NCBI GenBank assembly: GCA_000934665.2
Contig: KZ538156.1
Coordinates: 1-64,000 of the forward strand
DNA: 64,000 bases
Source: Catajapyx aquilonaris
Taxonomy: Eukaryota
Direction: 5' to 3'
Part shown: positions 1-9,779 of the stretch, one piece after another
Position numbering within the stretch: position 1 is the stretch's first letter
How the letters are laid out: each line of letters begins with the position of its first letter
The notes under the pieces: model-generated
What the model saw: the letters and a program-made list of their open reading frames with translations, nothing else
Databases searched by the model: none
Told to the model about the DNA's origin: nothing
Made by a program: the position numbers and the translations under genes

Positions 1-118
1 CCCCACAGTCTCACACACGCGAAGTGTACCATTACAGTGGGGACATGTGTAAATTAGTGGGGACATGTCCCCACTATTTTCATTTGTAGGGTTTCAAAAA
101 AGTCCATTTTTCTCAGCC

Positions 119-224
119 TAGGTTACTTAGGGTAGGGTAGGTTAGGTAGGGTAGGGTAGGTTAGGTTAGGTTAGGTTAGGTTAGGTTAGGTTAGGTTAGG
201 TTAGGTTAGGTTATGTTAGGTTAG
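119..224 (+). repeat. Interstitial (TTAGG)n / (GTAGG)n tract
   Basis: Ten perfect TTAGG units at 161-210, with degenerate GTAGG/TTAGG units on both sides. It is flanked by non-telomeric sequence. TTAGG is the ancestral arthropod telomere repeat. Confidence 0.95.
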
Positions 225-292
225 ATCAGTTTACACTCGCAGTGAAAAGTGATCAATGTCCGTCCCCACGCCTTAGTCAAGACAAGAGTCAC

Positions 293-313
293 TGTGTGTG
301 TGTGTGTGTGTGT
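293..313. repeat. (TG)n microsatellite
   Basis: Direct read: tgtgtgtgtgtgtgtgtgtgt. Confidence 0.95.
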
Positions 314-559
314 AATTGTGTTTATTATAAGGTGAATTAAATTTAATTTAAGGAGATTAAATTCCTTCAAACAACTTTTGCTGATGTCACATTTAGCCTC
401 AAAATGCCAAGAGTAGTCGGAAATAAATGCCATACCCAAGAAGTTTTTATTTCGAGGCAGCACAGACCTCTCCCAATTTGCAGTAGGCCTCAGTTTTTTT
501 TAATGCTGTCGATGGAGCCGTAATGGTAGATTGGATCCATTTCACGATGGTTGATTTAG

Positions 560-940
560 TTTCAGAAGCACATAATTTCACATAAACGACATCGTACACG
601 ACTAAGTAAGATTATTTTCAAATTTTCCCGCCATTTTGGAAAAGCGGCCGCCATCTTGGATCTAAGGGTTAAAAAAGATAGCGCTACGGGGAAAATCGGT
701 CCTTGGTGTGTAGACAATATTCCTACAAAGTGGCTTGCCGTTATAGTAATTTGCCGCTTTTTTACAGAATTTTTTACGTTTTTTGAAAACCGGCCGCCAT
801 CTTGGGTCATAAGGGACGAAAAAGATGGCGCCACGGGCAAAATCGCTTATTTTGGTCTAAACTACAATCCTGCAAAGCGGCTTGCTTTTATCACGATTTG
901 CCGCTTTTTTATGAAATCTCGAACGTACCGCCTCCACTAC
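560..940. mobile_element. Probable non-autonomous element with a ~148-bp internal tandem duplication, abutting the exon-3 acceptor of OBP-like copy A
   Basis: Two diverged units (~641-790 and ~790-915), each starting cggccgccatcttgg and ending atttgccgctttttt. It replaces the pyrimidine tract (ttcgtcttctag) found before the same exon in the paralogs. Boundaries are approximate. Confidence 0.45.
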
Positions 941-943
941 TAG

Positions 944-2188
944 TGCATCGTGAGGTGTACGGGATTAAAAATGGGCGTAGTAAGTGTTTTATTATTTATG
1001 AGTTCTAATAATTTTGTGACTGAAGCAGCTGTTACTTCAAAATGTCCGATTTCTTCACGCAGCTTACACCTGAAGGCAAAATAGACCAGGTAAAGAAGCG
1101 TGAATTACTAGATCTAATTCCAGAGGGGAAACTTAAGGATGCCTTGGCTGAGATTGACAGGAAGTGCTTAAAAGACGGTGAGTGACGTTTAGTGATTGCA
1201 ACTGCGCATCTATATTAATAATAATAATAATTTATCTTTATTAAATATTTCTCTTAAAGATATACAATTCAACATGAATGACAATGATTGCATCTCGTTT
1301 GCTAGACCTGCGGTATGCTATGGGAAAATTATGCAAAAGGTATGAATCGATTTCAGCATTGTCCTGTGGTGAGCAGAGTTACCTTAAGATTATTCACCAG
1401 AAGAGGGGAGGCGTGGTGGCCGAGATGGAAACGTCTCGGCTTGCTGAGTGAAAGGTCCCGGGCTCGAGCCCCGCCCGGGAGTTCCCTTTCACCTGCGTCA
1501 GGGGGGGTCTCTCCCCCGCGCCTTGGAGGTCCCTGGCAACCTAACCTTATGGGGGACTGCACATGACCCTTTTTCAGACATTGCACCTGCACTCGTGTCC
1601 CCTCCCCAAAAATCCCCTGTCTATTTCTCCCTTGCATGGTGTTCGAAGATAACTCAGAAAATAGTGTTTCAAAAATGGTGGTGTTCCATCCCCCTAAAGG
1701 TGCGAAGTTTCTCCCAAGGGGCCAGTACAATAATAATAAAAAAATTAAACAATACGATACTATTCACCAGAATAACTATCTTGCGGATTGCACCCATGTA
1801 TTCCCTGTTAATGTTTCCGTTTGTATTGTAATATTTAATATATGAAATATACAGGGTGTCTCAACTTTTTTGTCCGATCAGTTATCGGAAAAGCCTCTGT
1901 ATCTTCTAGCTATGTAGCCGGAATATGCCCCAACATTCCTGGCACATCCCTCAACATATGGCATATTCTGGCTATACATAGCTAGAAGATACATAGGCTT
2001 TACTAATATAAGGTATGCTAATATTAGTGTATTAATTTAAGCTAATTACTTTTAATATATTAATGGTTAATTTAATGTATTAATATTTAATATTTAATAT
2101 ACGTGCATTACTATGCAATAATCGTAGGTAACTCTCTTTTGAACAGAGGTGCCCCAACATAGCTGATCTGGTGAAGAAAAATTTGTAA
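944..2188 (+). CDS. OBP-like secreted cysteine-rich protein, copy A (exons 3-6 only; exons 1-2 not found in the window)
   Basis: Exons 944-979, 1063-1177, 1260-1339, 2147-2188, all GT-AG. Translation: CIVRCTGLKMGVLTPEGKIDQVKKRELLDLIPEGKLKDALAEIDRKCLKDDIQFNMNDNDCISFARPAVCYGKIMQKRCPNIADLVKKNL*. Exon phases match copies B and D. Confidence 0.75.
1403..1760 (+). mobile_element. tRNA-derived SINE in the last intron of OBP-like copy A
   Basis: A box tggccgagatgg, B-box-like ggctcgagccc and an (aat)n tail. Target-site duplication tattcaccagaa at 1391-1402 and 1761-1772. The paralogous intron of copy E has the empty site (tattcactagaa, ~9087). Confidence 0.85.
1893..1999. repeat. Imperfect inverted repeat (fold-back), possibly MITE-derived
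   Basis: agcctctgtatcttctagctatgtagccggaatatgcc pairs with ggcatattctggctatacatagctagaagatacataggct. A Tc1-like end (tacagggtg) lies just upstream at ~1850. Confidence 0.7.
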
Positions 2189-2316
2189 TGGAAGTTGCAG
2201 ACATCATCGGATAAGTTGTTATTATGTGGGGAGTGGGGTCGACTGAAATAAAAATATTATGGCATCAAATACTAGAAATGTGTCGTACTTATTGCAACAT
2301 TTTTCTGCATTTAAAT

Positions 2317-2366
2317 GCACTAGGTACTGGAAAATTGTCAAGTGAGGAACGGCAATCAAAATTATA
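2317..2366 (+). pseudogene. Remnant of the BLOC1S2 stop codon and start of its 3' UTR
   Basis: gcactaggtactggaaaattgtcaagtgaggaacggcaatcaaaattata matches 10280-10329 at 48 of 50 positions. Confidence 0.85.
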
Positions 2367-2764
2367 CGGCTGCCAATTTTGTTACAGAAAAAATATGAGA
2401 TGGTCTCATATCCAGAAATTCATGTCCATTAGAGTGTTGTCTAAAAGTGTGGCAAAATTGATGCTTCTATCATAAATTATATAGGCACAATTGTTTCACC
2501 TATCATAACTACTAAATGGCACAATGCCCAGCGGAATGGGGATTGAAGGATGCTTTGAATGAGAAAAGTGTCTTTAGTGTTCTGTATAGGCCTACTGTAT
2601 ACGAGTGAAGGGGGTACTCGTTAGTAATTTTTCTTTTGGCACTGACAGTTTATTTTCCCGTTTGATTTTTTACCTGCATAATTTAGATACTATAGCTTCA
2701 TAATTATGGCAAACGTAACCGTTTTTGCTTCCTGGACATTCACACAATGTCTTCTCCAACCCAA

Positions 2765-2870
2765 CATTCACACCTTCATTCGTGACCATTTCGTATTCAG
2801 GAAGCCGGAAAAGGTGTCATGAAGCAAGACTGACTTGTCGCATGGGCTTCTTTGAATATTATATAAAATT
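2765..2870 (+). promoter_or_regulatory. Conserved upstream block of the OBP-like genes with TATA box
   Basis: The block cattcacaccttcattcgtgaccatt...ggaagcc...gtcatga...gtcgca followed by TATATAAAA (2860-2868) recurs before copy D (~5312-5433) and twice before copy E (~7545-7665, ~7765-7880). Confidence 0.6.
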
Positions 2871-2977
2871 TATTTGAAATGTGAACATGCCATTCAATCA
2901 TATATTCAACACCATTTCTGGTATTTATTGCTGCGAGAGACGCCCTGCGTTACATTCAAAACTGTCGGGACAACTTT

Positions 2978-4223
2978 ATGGCTTCAGCAGCGAGGATGTT
3001 TAGCCTATTAGCCATCAAGGGTTTTTTCCTGCTTCTAGCGGTGAGATAATTTTTTGACTTATAACCTGATGGTTACAATCAATTTACAGTGCAATTATCA
3101 TCACTTAATTTGACTAATATGTTTACGAAAGGGATGCGCTTTGGGCCAAGTCTGTGAGCTGCCTCCAAAGGATAACTTGGTGCTAAGCTCTTTAATTGAA
3201 TGCACCAAAACCGAAGACAAACTTGTGAGTATAAGCCTAAATACGTATTGCTACACAGTTTTTTTTTTGCAATTATCATCATCAAAAGTGCCAGCAGTGG
3301 CTTTAGAATGTGCCCAATACTGTACTTATTAATAATTATTCAATAACGAAACCAGCCCACAAACAAAAATTGTCATCATAAATTTTGAGACTATAATTAT
3401 AATAATGAACTAAATACACGATCCAAATAATTTATATGTGTATACAGTACACTAACATAAAGAACTGTACACTTTAGATATTATTTCAGATGATAATCAT
3501 CTCTCAGGTCCAATATTTAAATCACAAAGAAAATTGAATGGCTTAATAATAATTACTGTGTATTAAAATAACTCCTTATACATACTCTCTTCGTCTTCTT
3601 AGTGCATCCTGAAGTGTGTGGGATTAAGAACAGGCGCAGTAAGTGTTTTATTTGACGAGAGCTAATATTGTGACTGAAGCAGCTATACTTCAAAATGTCC
3701 GATTGCTTCACGCAGATTCTTCCTGAAGGCAAAGTGGACAAAGCAAGAATGAGGGAATTAATTGCGGGGGAATGTCCAGAAGGGGGATTGAAGGATGCTT
3801 TCACTGAGTTTGACAAGAAATGCTTCAAAGAAAGTGAGTGACAGCAACTAATATACAGTGTATCTTTATTAATGCATATATACTTATTTATTACGTACTT
3901 TATTAATGACATATTTCCTTAAAGGCAACCGGTACGACATGAAGGACAAGGATTGCATCGGATTCGCTCAAACTGGGATGTGCTTTGTGAAAGTTATGCA
4001 AAAGGTATATATGGTTCGACAGTATTTCCGTTTGTGTTACAACTTCATACCGTAACCATTTTCTTGCTAAACTTCTAACACAAAATATTATTTTCTTGAT
4101 ACATAGACTATAGTATGTCTGATTTTATTGCATTGTTTTTTAACTAGGCAATCGATAATAATCGTACTCTCTTTTGAACAGAGGTGCCCCAACGTAGCAG
4201 AAATCGTGAAGCAAAATTTTTAA
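2978..4223 (+). CDS. OBP-like secreted cysteine-rich protein, copy B (intact, 143 aa)
   Basis: Exons 2978-3040, 3132-3224, 3603-3638, 3716-3833, 3925-4004, 4182-4223, all GT-AG, open frame. Translation: MASAARMFSLLAIKGFFLLLAGCALG-QVCELPPKDNLVLSSLIECTKTEDKLCILKCVGLRTGAILPEGKVDKARMRELIAGECPEGGLKDAFTEFDKKCFKESNRYDMKDKDCIGFAQTGMCFVKVMQKRCPNVAEIVKQNF*. Signal peptide plus the C-X3-C, G-K-V-D and C-X8-C features of PBP/GOBP-type proteins. Confidence 0.85.
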
Positions 4224-4882
4224 TGGACGTTGCAGCCGTATAGGAGAAGAGGGGGTATGCCAATTTCTCCATAAGTGTAGGATTTTGTAGTAATAATGTA
4301 TAGTACAAGTAATAATGCGATTTACATCCCACAGACATGCATATTCTGTAATTTAAAATGCACGAGAGATGTTCTGATTGCGTCCACAAGGTTACTGGGA
4401 AAAATAAACATGTTGGGTATATACATTGCATTAAAATAAAATGTTTGTAATCTTCAGAAATAAAGTGGTAATTTGCAAGCATTCACTGTTTTAAAAAAAT
4501 ATATTTACCCGATTATTGAACTTCAGCATACGTAATATGCAATAGAAAATGTTGAATATAAAAACTGGTTATATTCACTTAGACACCTTGGACACTATCT
4601 TCTTGTATAGATAAATAAAAGCTCAGTTTGCTCAAAGTCAAGTTTAATTTCGGAAAAATTAGATCAGAATATATTATTGACGACAACTTTTTATCTGGCT
4701 GTACATGGATGGCTGGGAAAATGAAGCTAGAAATGACGAATAAAAATGTAATCAGTGTAAGTATTATACAGTATACAGTTTACGATTATGCAGGATGGCG
4801 CGATGAGGACTTTAATGGCATGTTCCAAAGCCGAATAATTAAAACTTGTTAGTAAGTATTGGATAGTGTTTTGAAATATTAA

Positions 4883-5150
4883 AAGCAAGCTCTACGACAT
4901 GAAGGATAGAGATTTCTTCGGATTTGCTCAAACTGGTATGCAGCTGGTATGTGCTACGCACGATTGAAAATTATGCCACAAAAGGTATACCGGTACGGCT
5001 CGACAGCATGTCCTGTATTATACCTTTACCTTATTTTCCGTTAGCCTTTCACAAATAATTTTATTGCAATATTTTTTTTAACTATGCCATTATCGGGCTC
5101 TCTTTTGAACAGAAGTGCCCCGACATCGCAGAAATAGTGAAGTCAGTCTA
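4883..5150 (+). pseudogene. OBP-like copy C, degenerate fragment of exons 5-6
   Basis: tacgacatgaaggatagagatttcttcggatttgctcaaactgg resembles exon 5 of copy B, with Cys to Phe, small insertions and a stop. Exon-6 homolog aagtgccccgacatcgcagaaatagtgaag follows ttttgaacag. Exons 1-4 are absent. Confidence 0.8.
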
Positions 5151-5555
5151 TAATGTGCTATACATGTACTTTACGTGTGCAGGCTGTAATATTTTGTCAG
5201 CGACTGTTCATTTCTTCATTGGATTATTATTCCTGCAAAATTCATGTTTTTGCAACCGTAACCGGCTTTGCGTGCGGGACGATCGCGAGATATTTTATCC
5301 GTCCCACCCAGCATTCACACCTTCATTCGTGACCATTATATTCTTACTGAGGAAGCCAAGGTGTCATGAGGAAATACCTTGGGGAATACTGGCTCGTCGC
5401 ACACCTCCTCCTTTTTGAAAAAAAGGCCTATAGAGTTATTTTTGCATAATATTTAAAATGAATGTATTTAAAATGTGCGTATGACATGCAACACCCTTTG
5501 TGGTATTTATTTCCCCGAGAGACGTTCTGCTCTGCATTCACTTCAGGATAACTTT

Positions 5556-6494
5556 ATGATGGCTTCTGCAGCAGGAATGTTCGCTTTATTAATCAATACC
5601 ATCACGGTTTTTTTCCTGCTTCTGGAGGTGAGATTATTTTTGGACTGTTAATCTCGTTAAATTCAATTAACATAATTGTCACTGCATTAATATTACTCAT
5701 ATGTTTACGAAGGGATGTGCTTTGGGTCAAGACTGTGAGCTTCCTGCTACAAAGGACACCACGGGGTTAAAGGTTGTCCTGGAGTGTACCAAAACCGAAA
5801 CAAAGCTTGTAAGTAGGTAAAATCCGATGGTTCAACTATATAGTACTATTGATTGGAACTAATTATTCTTTACATGCTCTTTGTCTTTCTAGTGTATTGT
5901 GAAGTGTGCTGGATTAAAAATGGGCATAGTAAGTGTTTTATTTGATGACAATTTTGTGACTGATAATTAATTCAAATCTTCTGATGCCTTCACTCAGATT
6001 ACTCCTGAAGGAAGACTGGACGGAGCAAGGACGCTTGAATTATTAGAGACTGTTCCAGAGGGGAAGTTCAAGGATGCTGTGATTGAGGCTAACAAGAAGT
6101 GCTTAAAAGAAGGCAAGTGACGTTTATACTGACAGCAACTGCCCATCTTTGTTAATATTGAGCAACATAATTATTTCCCTTAAAGGCATGAAGTTCAACA
6201 TGGATGATGAGGACTGCATTGGATTTGCTAGAGCTGGGATGTGCTATTTGAAAGTTATGCAAAAGGTATGGCTCAACAATCATTAGCATTGTCCTTATTA
6301 TGATGTATACAGTTTTATTCATCATAAAACCATTATCTTGCGAGTCGTAGCATTATATTTCCTGTTATAATGTTTCCGTATGATTTTATTGCAATATTTA
6401 AAATATGTAACTATATTACCACACAATAATTGTACTATCTTTATTTGAACAGAGGTGTCCCAACGTAGCAGAAGTCGTGAAGAAAAAACTTTAG
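5556..6494 (+). CDS. OBP-like secreted cysteine-rich protein, copy D (intact if the GC-AG intron is spliced, 146 aa)
   Basis: Exons 5556-5627, 5713-5808, 5893-5928, 5998-6112, 6186-6265, 6453-6494. The intron-4 donor is AG|GCAAGT. Translation: MMASAAGMFALLINTITVFFLLLEGCALG-QDCELPATKDTTGLKVVLECTKTETKLCIVKCAGLKMGIITPEGRLDGARTLELLETVPEGKFKDAVIEANKKCLKEGMKFNMDDEDCIGFARAGMCYLKVMQKRCPNVAEVVKKKL*. Confidence 0.8.
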
Positions 6495-6915
6495 TATTGC
6501 ATCATCATCGGAGAAGATACTGTATTAGCCTGTGTGGGGGGTGGGGGGGGGAGCGAATGAAAATATGGGAATGAAAATGATATGTTTGGAACCCCTACTT
6601 ATACACTGTAGTGAAATTATATTTTTGTAGTCTTCCGAAATAAAGTGGCGAATTGCGGCAAGCATTCACGTGTTTTTAAAAAATCAACTGATTCTTGAAC
6701 TGCAGTAGTATACGTAGGCCCCTACTGTAGTAGATATGCATGAAAAACGAGGTTATCTCCACTGGGACACCTTGGAAAATAATAATATTGTATACTTCTA
6801 GTACATTAATAAAAACTCAGTTTTTTTGCACTAACTGTTTGTTAATAAATTACTTGGTTTTGCTCATAAGTTTGGGGGTATTTTTATTCATACAAAATTA
6901 GACGCTATTGCTTAA

Positions 6916-7463
6916 CCTTTTGATGACGGAGTTGTTGAGCGATTGCCTTACCCCAGGGCCTGAGTTCATTTTCCCCTTTTCTGGAAAGATGAAGAGTGAT
7001 ATTAATGAATAATAATCGGCGGACTGCCCGGATTACCTATACAGTTACCTGATCAAAATGACCTCGTAACCCATTTTTGAGGAGGGCAGAGGTCAACTAG
7101 TAAAAATCCGACCTCACCGATTTTCATGAAATTCGGTGCATATGCCCCCCTCCAACACGGGTCACATGGTCATTTCGAGCAGGTAACTATAGGTGCGTTT
7201 TCATCCCTTGTGGTGGGCTACTAATGCACCGAATTTCAAGAAAATCGGTGAGGTCGGAATTTGACCTCTGCCTCCCTCCAATATGGGTCACAGGGTCATT
7301 TCGAGCAGGTAACTGTAGGTGCGTTTGTCATCTCCTGGGGTGGGCTACCAATGCACAGAATTTCAAGAAAATCAGTGGGGTTGTAATTTTACGAGTTGAA
7401 AAATGTCCCAAGTTTTCAGGGCAAATCTGAAGACATCATATGATGTCCGTAGTCATCAAAGGG
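6916..7463. mobile_element. piggyBac-type MITE
   Basis: TTAA at 6912-6915 and 7464-7467. Termini ccttttgatgac...gtcatcaaaggg. Internal inverted and direct repeats of accgattttcatgaaattcggtgcat. Confidence 0.75.
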
Positions 7464-8008
7464 TTAATGTTGCAAGCGTAACCAGCTTTGCATGCTGTGC
7501 GATCACACAATATATAACGTGCAACCTCTTGGTGCAACCCAATAGTATTCACACCTTCGTGACCATTATTTTTGCATATTGAGGAAGCCAAGAAGACGTC
7601 ATAGGGAATACTGGCTCGTAGCAGGCCCTCTTTTCTTTATTTATTTTGAAAAAAGGCCTATAAATTACATTTCAAATGAATTTACTTGAAATGTACACAT
7701 GCCATTCAACGCCCTTTTTAGTATTTATTACATTATCATACAATGTTTTCTGCAACCAGATTTAGTATTCACAGCTTTATTCGTGACCATTATTGTCGTA
7801 TATTGCGGAAGCCCAAGAAGACGTCATGAAGGAATGCTGCCTCGTCGCATGCACTTTATTCTGAAATAGGGCTCTAAAAATTTTATATTTTATTTTTCAA
7901 ATGAAATTATTTGAAATGGGCACATGCCATGCTGCAACACCCTTTTTAGTATATATATTGCCACGAGAGATGTTCTGATTTCCTTGCATACTTCAGGACA
8001 ACTTATTC

Positions 8009-9342
8009 ATGGCTATAGCAGCAAGTATGATTGCTTTATTCGCCATCGAAGTTATTTTCCTGCTTCTGGCGGTGAGATAATTTTTGGACTCATAACATCG
8101 TGAAAAGCAATTTATACAGTACAATTATCATTACTTAATTTTACTCCTATGTTTATGAAGGGATGTGCTTTGGGTCAAGTCTGTGAGTTTCCTGATACAA
8201 AGGACTCTCCTGGAGGCAACCCTGGAGTGCATGAAAACCGAAGAAAAGTTTGTAAGTAGTTTATAAAAAATATCCCAATATCAAAAGTATCAGATGACCC
8301 TTTGACATGTGTCTAATATTTGTGTTTAAAAATATTGTACTACTCCTTGCTTCTTAATTATTCAATTACGAATCCAGTCCTCACATAATTTGTGATCCTA
8401 AAGTTGGTGTCTCTAAAGTCTAAACAAATGAACGCAATATACTGTATGATCCAATGAATATTAGTCTATACGTATACGCAGGCAAACGTTAGTTATGTTC
8501 TCAGCCGAGAATCATCTAAATTATTCAGCCCCAATATTTAAATCACAAATATAATAATTGAACGGTTTACCTACTATGCAGTATTATATTAAAACAATAA
8601 TTATATATATATTCCTTACATTATCTTCGTCTTCTAGTGCATCTTGAAGTGTGTGGGATTAAGAACAGGCATAGTAAGTGTTTTATTTGATGAGATGTAA
8701 TTCTGTGACTGAAGCATCTGTCACTTCAAAATGTCCGTTTGCTTCACTCCTAAGATTACACCTGAAGGCAAAGTGGACAAAGCAAGGACTCGTGAAATGG
8801 TAGAGCAACTTCCCCAGGGGATATACAGGGATGCTGTAGTTGAGATTGACAGGAAATGTATGAAAGAAGGTGAGTGATGTTTAGTGATAGCAACTGCGTA
8901 TCTTAACCACTTATCACCTTATTAAATTGTGCAATATTTCCCTTAAAGATCTACGCTTCAACATGAATGATAAGGATTGCATCGGATTTGCTAGAGTTGG
9001 GGTATGCTATGTGAAAATCATGCAAAAGGTATGGCTCGACAGCATGTCCTTCTCTTGATGTATACTATTCTATAGTGTTGCCTTATTATTCACTAGAACA
9101 ATGTTATTTTGTTGCGGGTTTTCTGTTATAGCGTTTCCGTCTGTTTGCAATATTTAGTATATAAATATACGTATACTCATACTTAATATATTAATTTAAT
9201 TTAATTTTAATGTATCGATATTTATTTTAAATGATTTTATATTTAATTTTAATGTGTGCGTATTACCTGCAATAATCGTAGGCTACTCTCTTTTGAACGG
9301 AGGTGCCCCAACATAGCAGAAATCGTGAAGAAAGGTTTATAA
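8009..9342 (+). pseudogene. OBP-like copy E, probable pseudogene
   Basis: Exons 8009-8071, 8161-8251, 8638-8673, 8755-8869, 8949-9028, 9301-9342. Exon 2 is 91 nt versus 93 and 96 in the paralogs, a frameshift giving TGA early in exon 4. The last acceptor reads gaacgg instead of gaacag. Confidence 0.75.
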
Positions 9343-9628
9343 TTAAAGTGGCAGCCCTTATCGGATGTTATTATGTGGGAGCGAATGAAATAAAAACATT
9401 ATTGCAAATACTGTAGAAATTTGTCGCATTTTATTGCAACATTTTGCTCCATTCTCCAGCAGCGACGGATGAAAATAATTATGTTAATGAGGCACCTATT
9501 TAGTCAGAAAGGTGGAGCAATATTAACAATATTTATGATTATGATATGTACTGTATTTAATGGTTATACGTTCCCAATAACAGTTGTTACAAGTAGCAGC
9601 TGCGCTATCAGAATCCGCGACCGCATAC

Positions 9629-9638
9629 GTCACGTGAT
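9629..9638 (+). promoter_or_regulatory. CLEAR-like E-box (GTCACGTGAT) upstream of BLOC1S2
   Basis: About 150 bp before the ATG. Matches the TFEB/Mitf/USF site GTCACGTGAC at 9 of 10 positions. Confidence 0.45.
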
Positions 9639-9779
9639 CCAAGATGTCTGCCCCCATGAGCCAAATTTATTGACTTTTTTTTGTGGTCCTCAATCCTGCC
9701 TGGGAAGGTCGCTTGAGATTTGTCCTACTCTAGCTGACCCACTGTACCACTGGAGGAAGGGACAGACTGTCCAGCGAGG

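Noticed and set aside
119..224. True telomere or chromosome end
   Set aside because: The tract is only ~100 bp, degenerate, and has ordinary sequence on both sides.
656..943. 95-aa ORF with an internal repeat
   Set aside because: It reflects the ~148-bp tandem duplication of a repeat block, has a non-ATG start and shows no recognisable domain.
1403..1480. tRNA genes at the SINE heads (also ~18750-18823, ~25114-25185, ~33444-33520)
   Set aside because: A and B boxes are present, but each continues into a SINE body and tail, mostly with TSDs, and no clean cloverleaf could be drawn.
2533..2566. Additional OBP-like gene
   Set aside because: Only a ~25-nt match to exon 4 of copy B (ggggattgaaggatgcttt), with no splice sites or other exons. 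At most a deletion scar.
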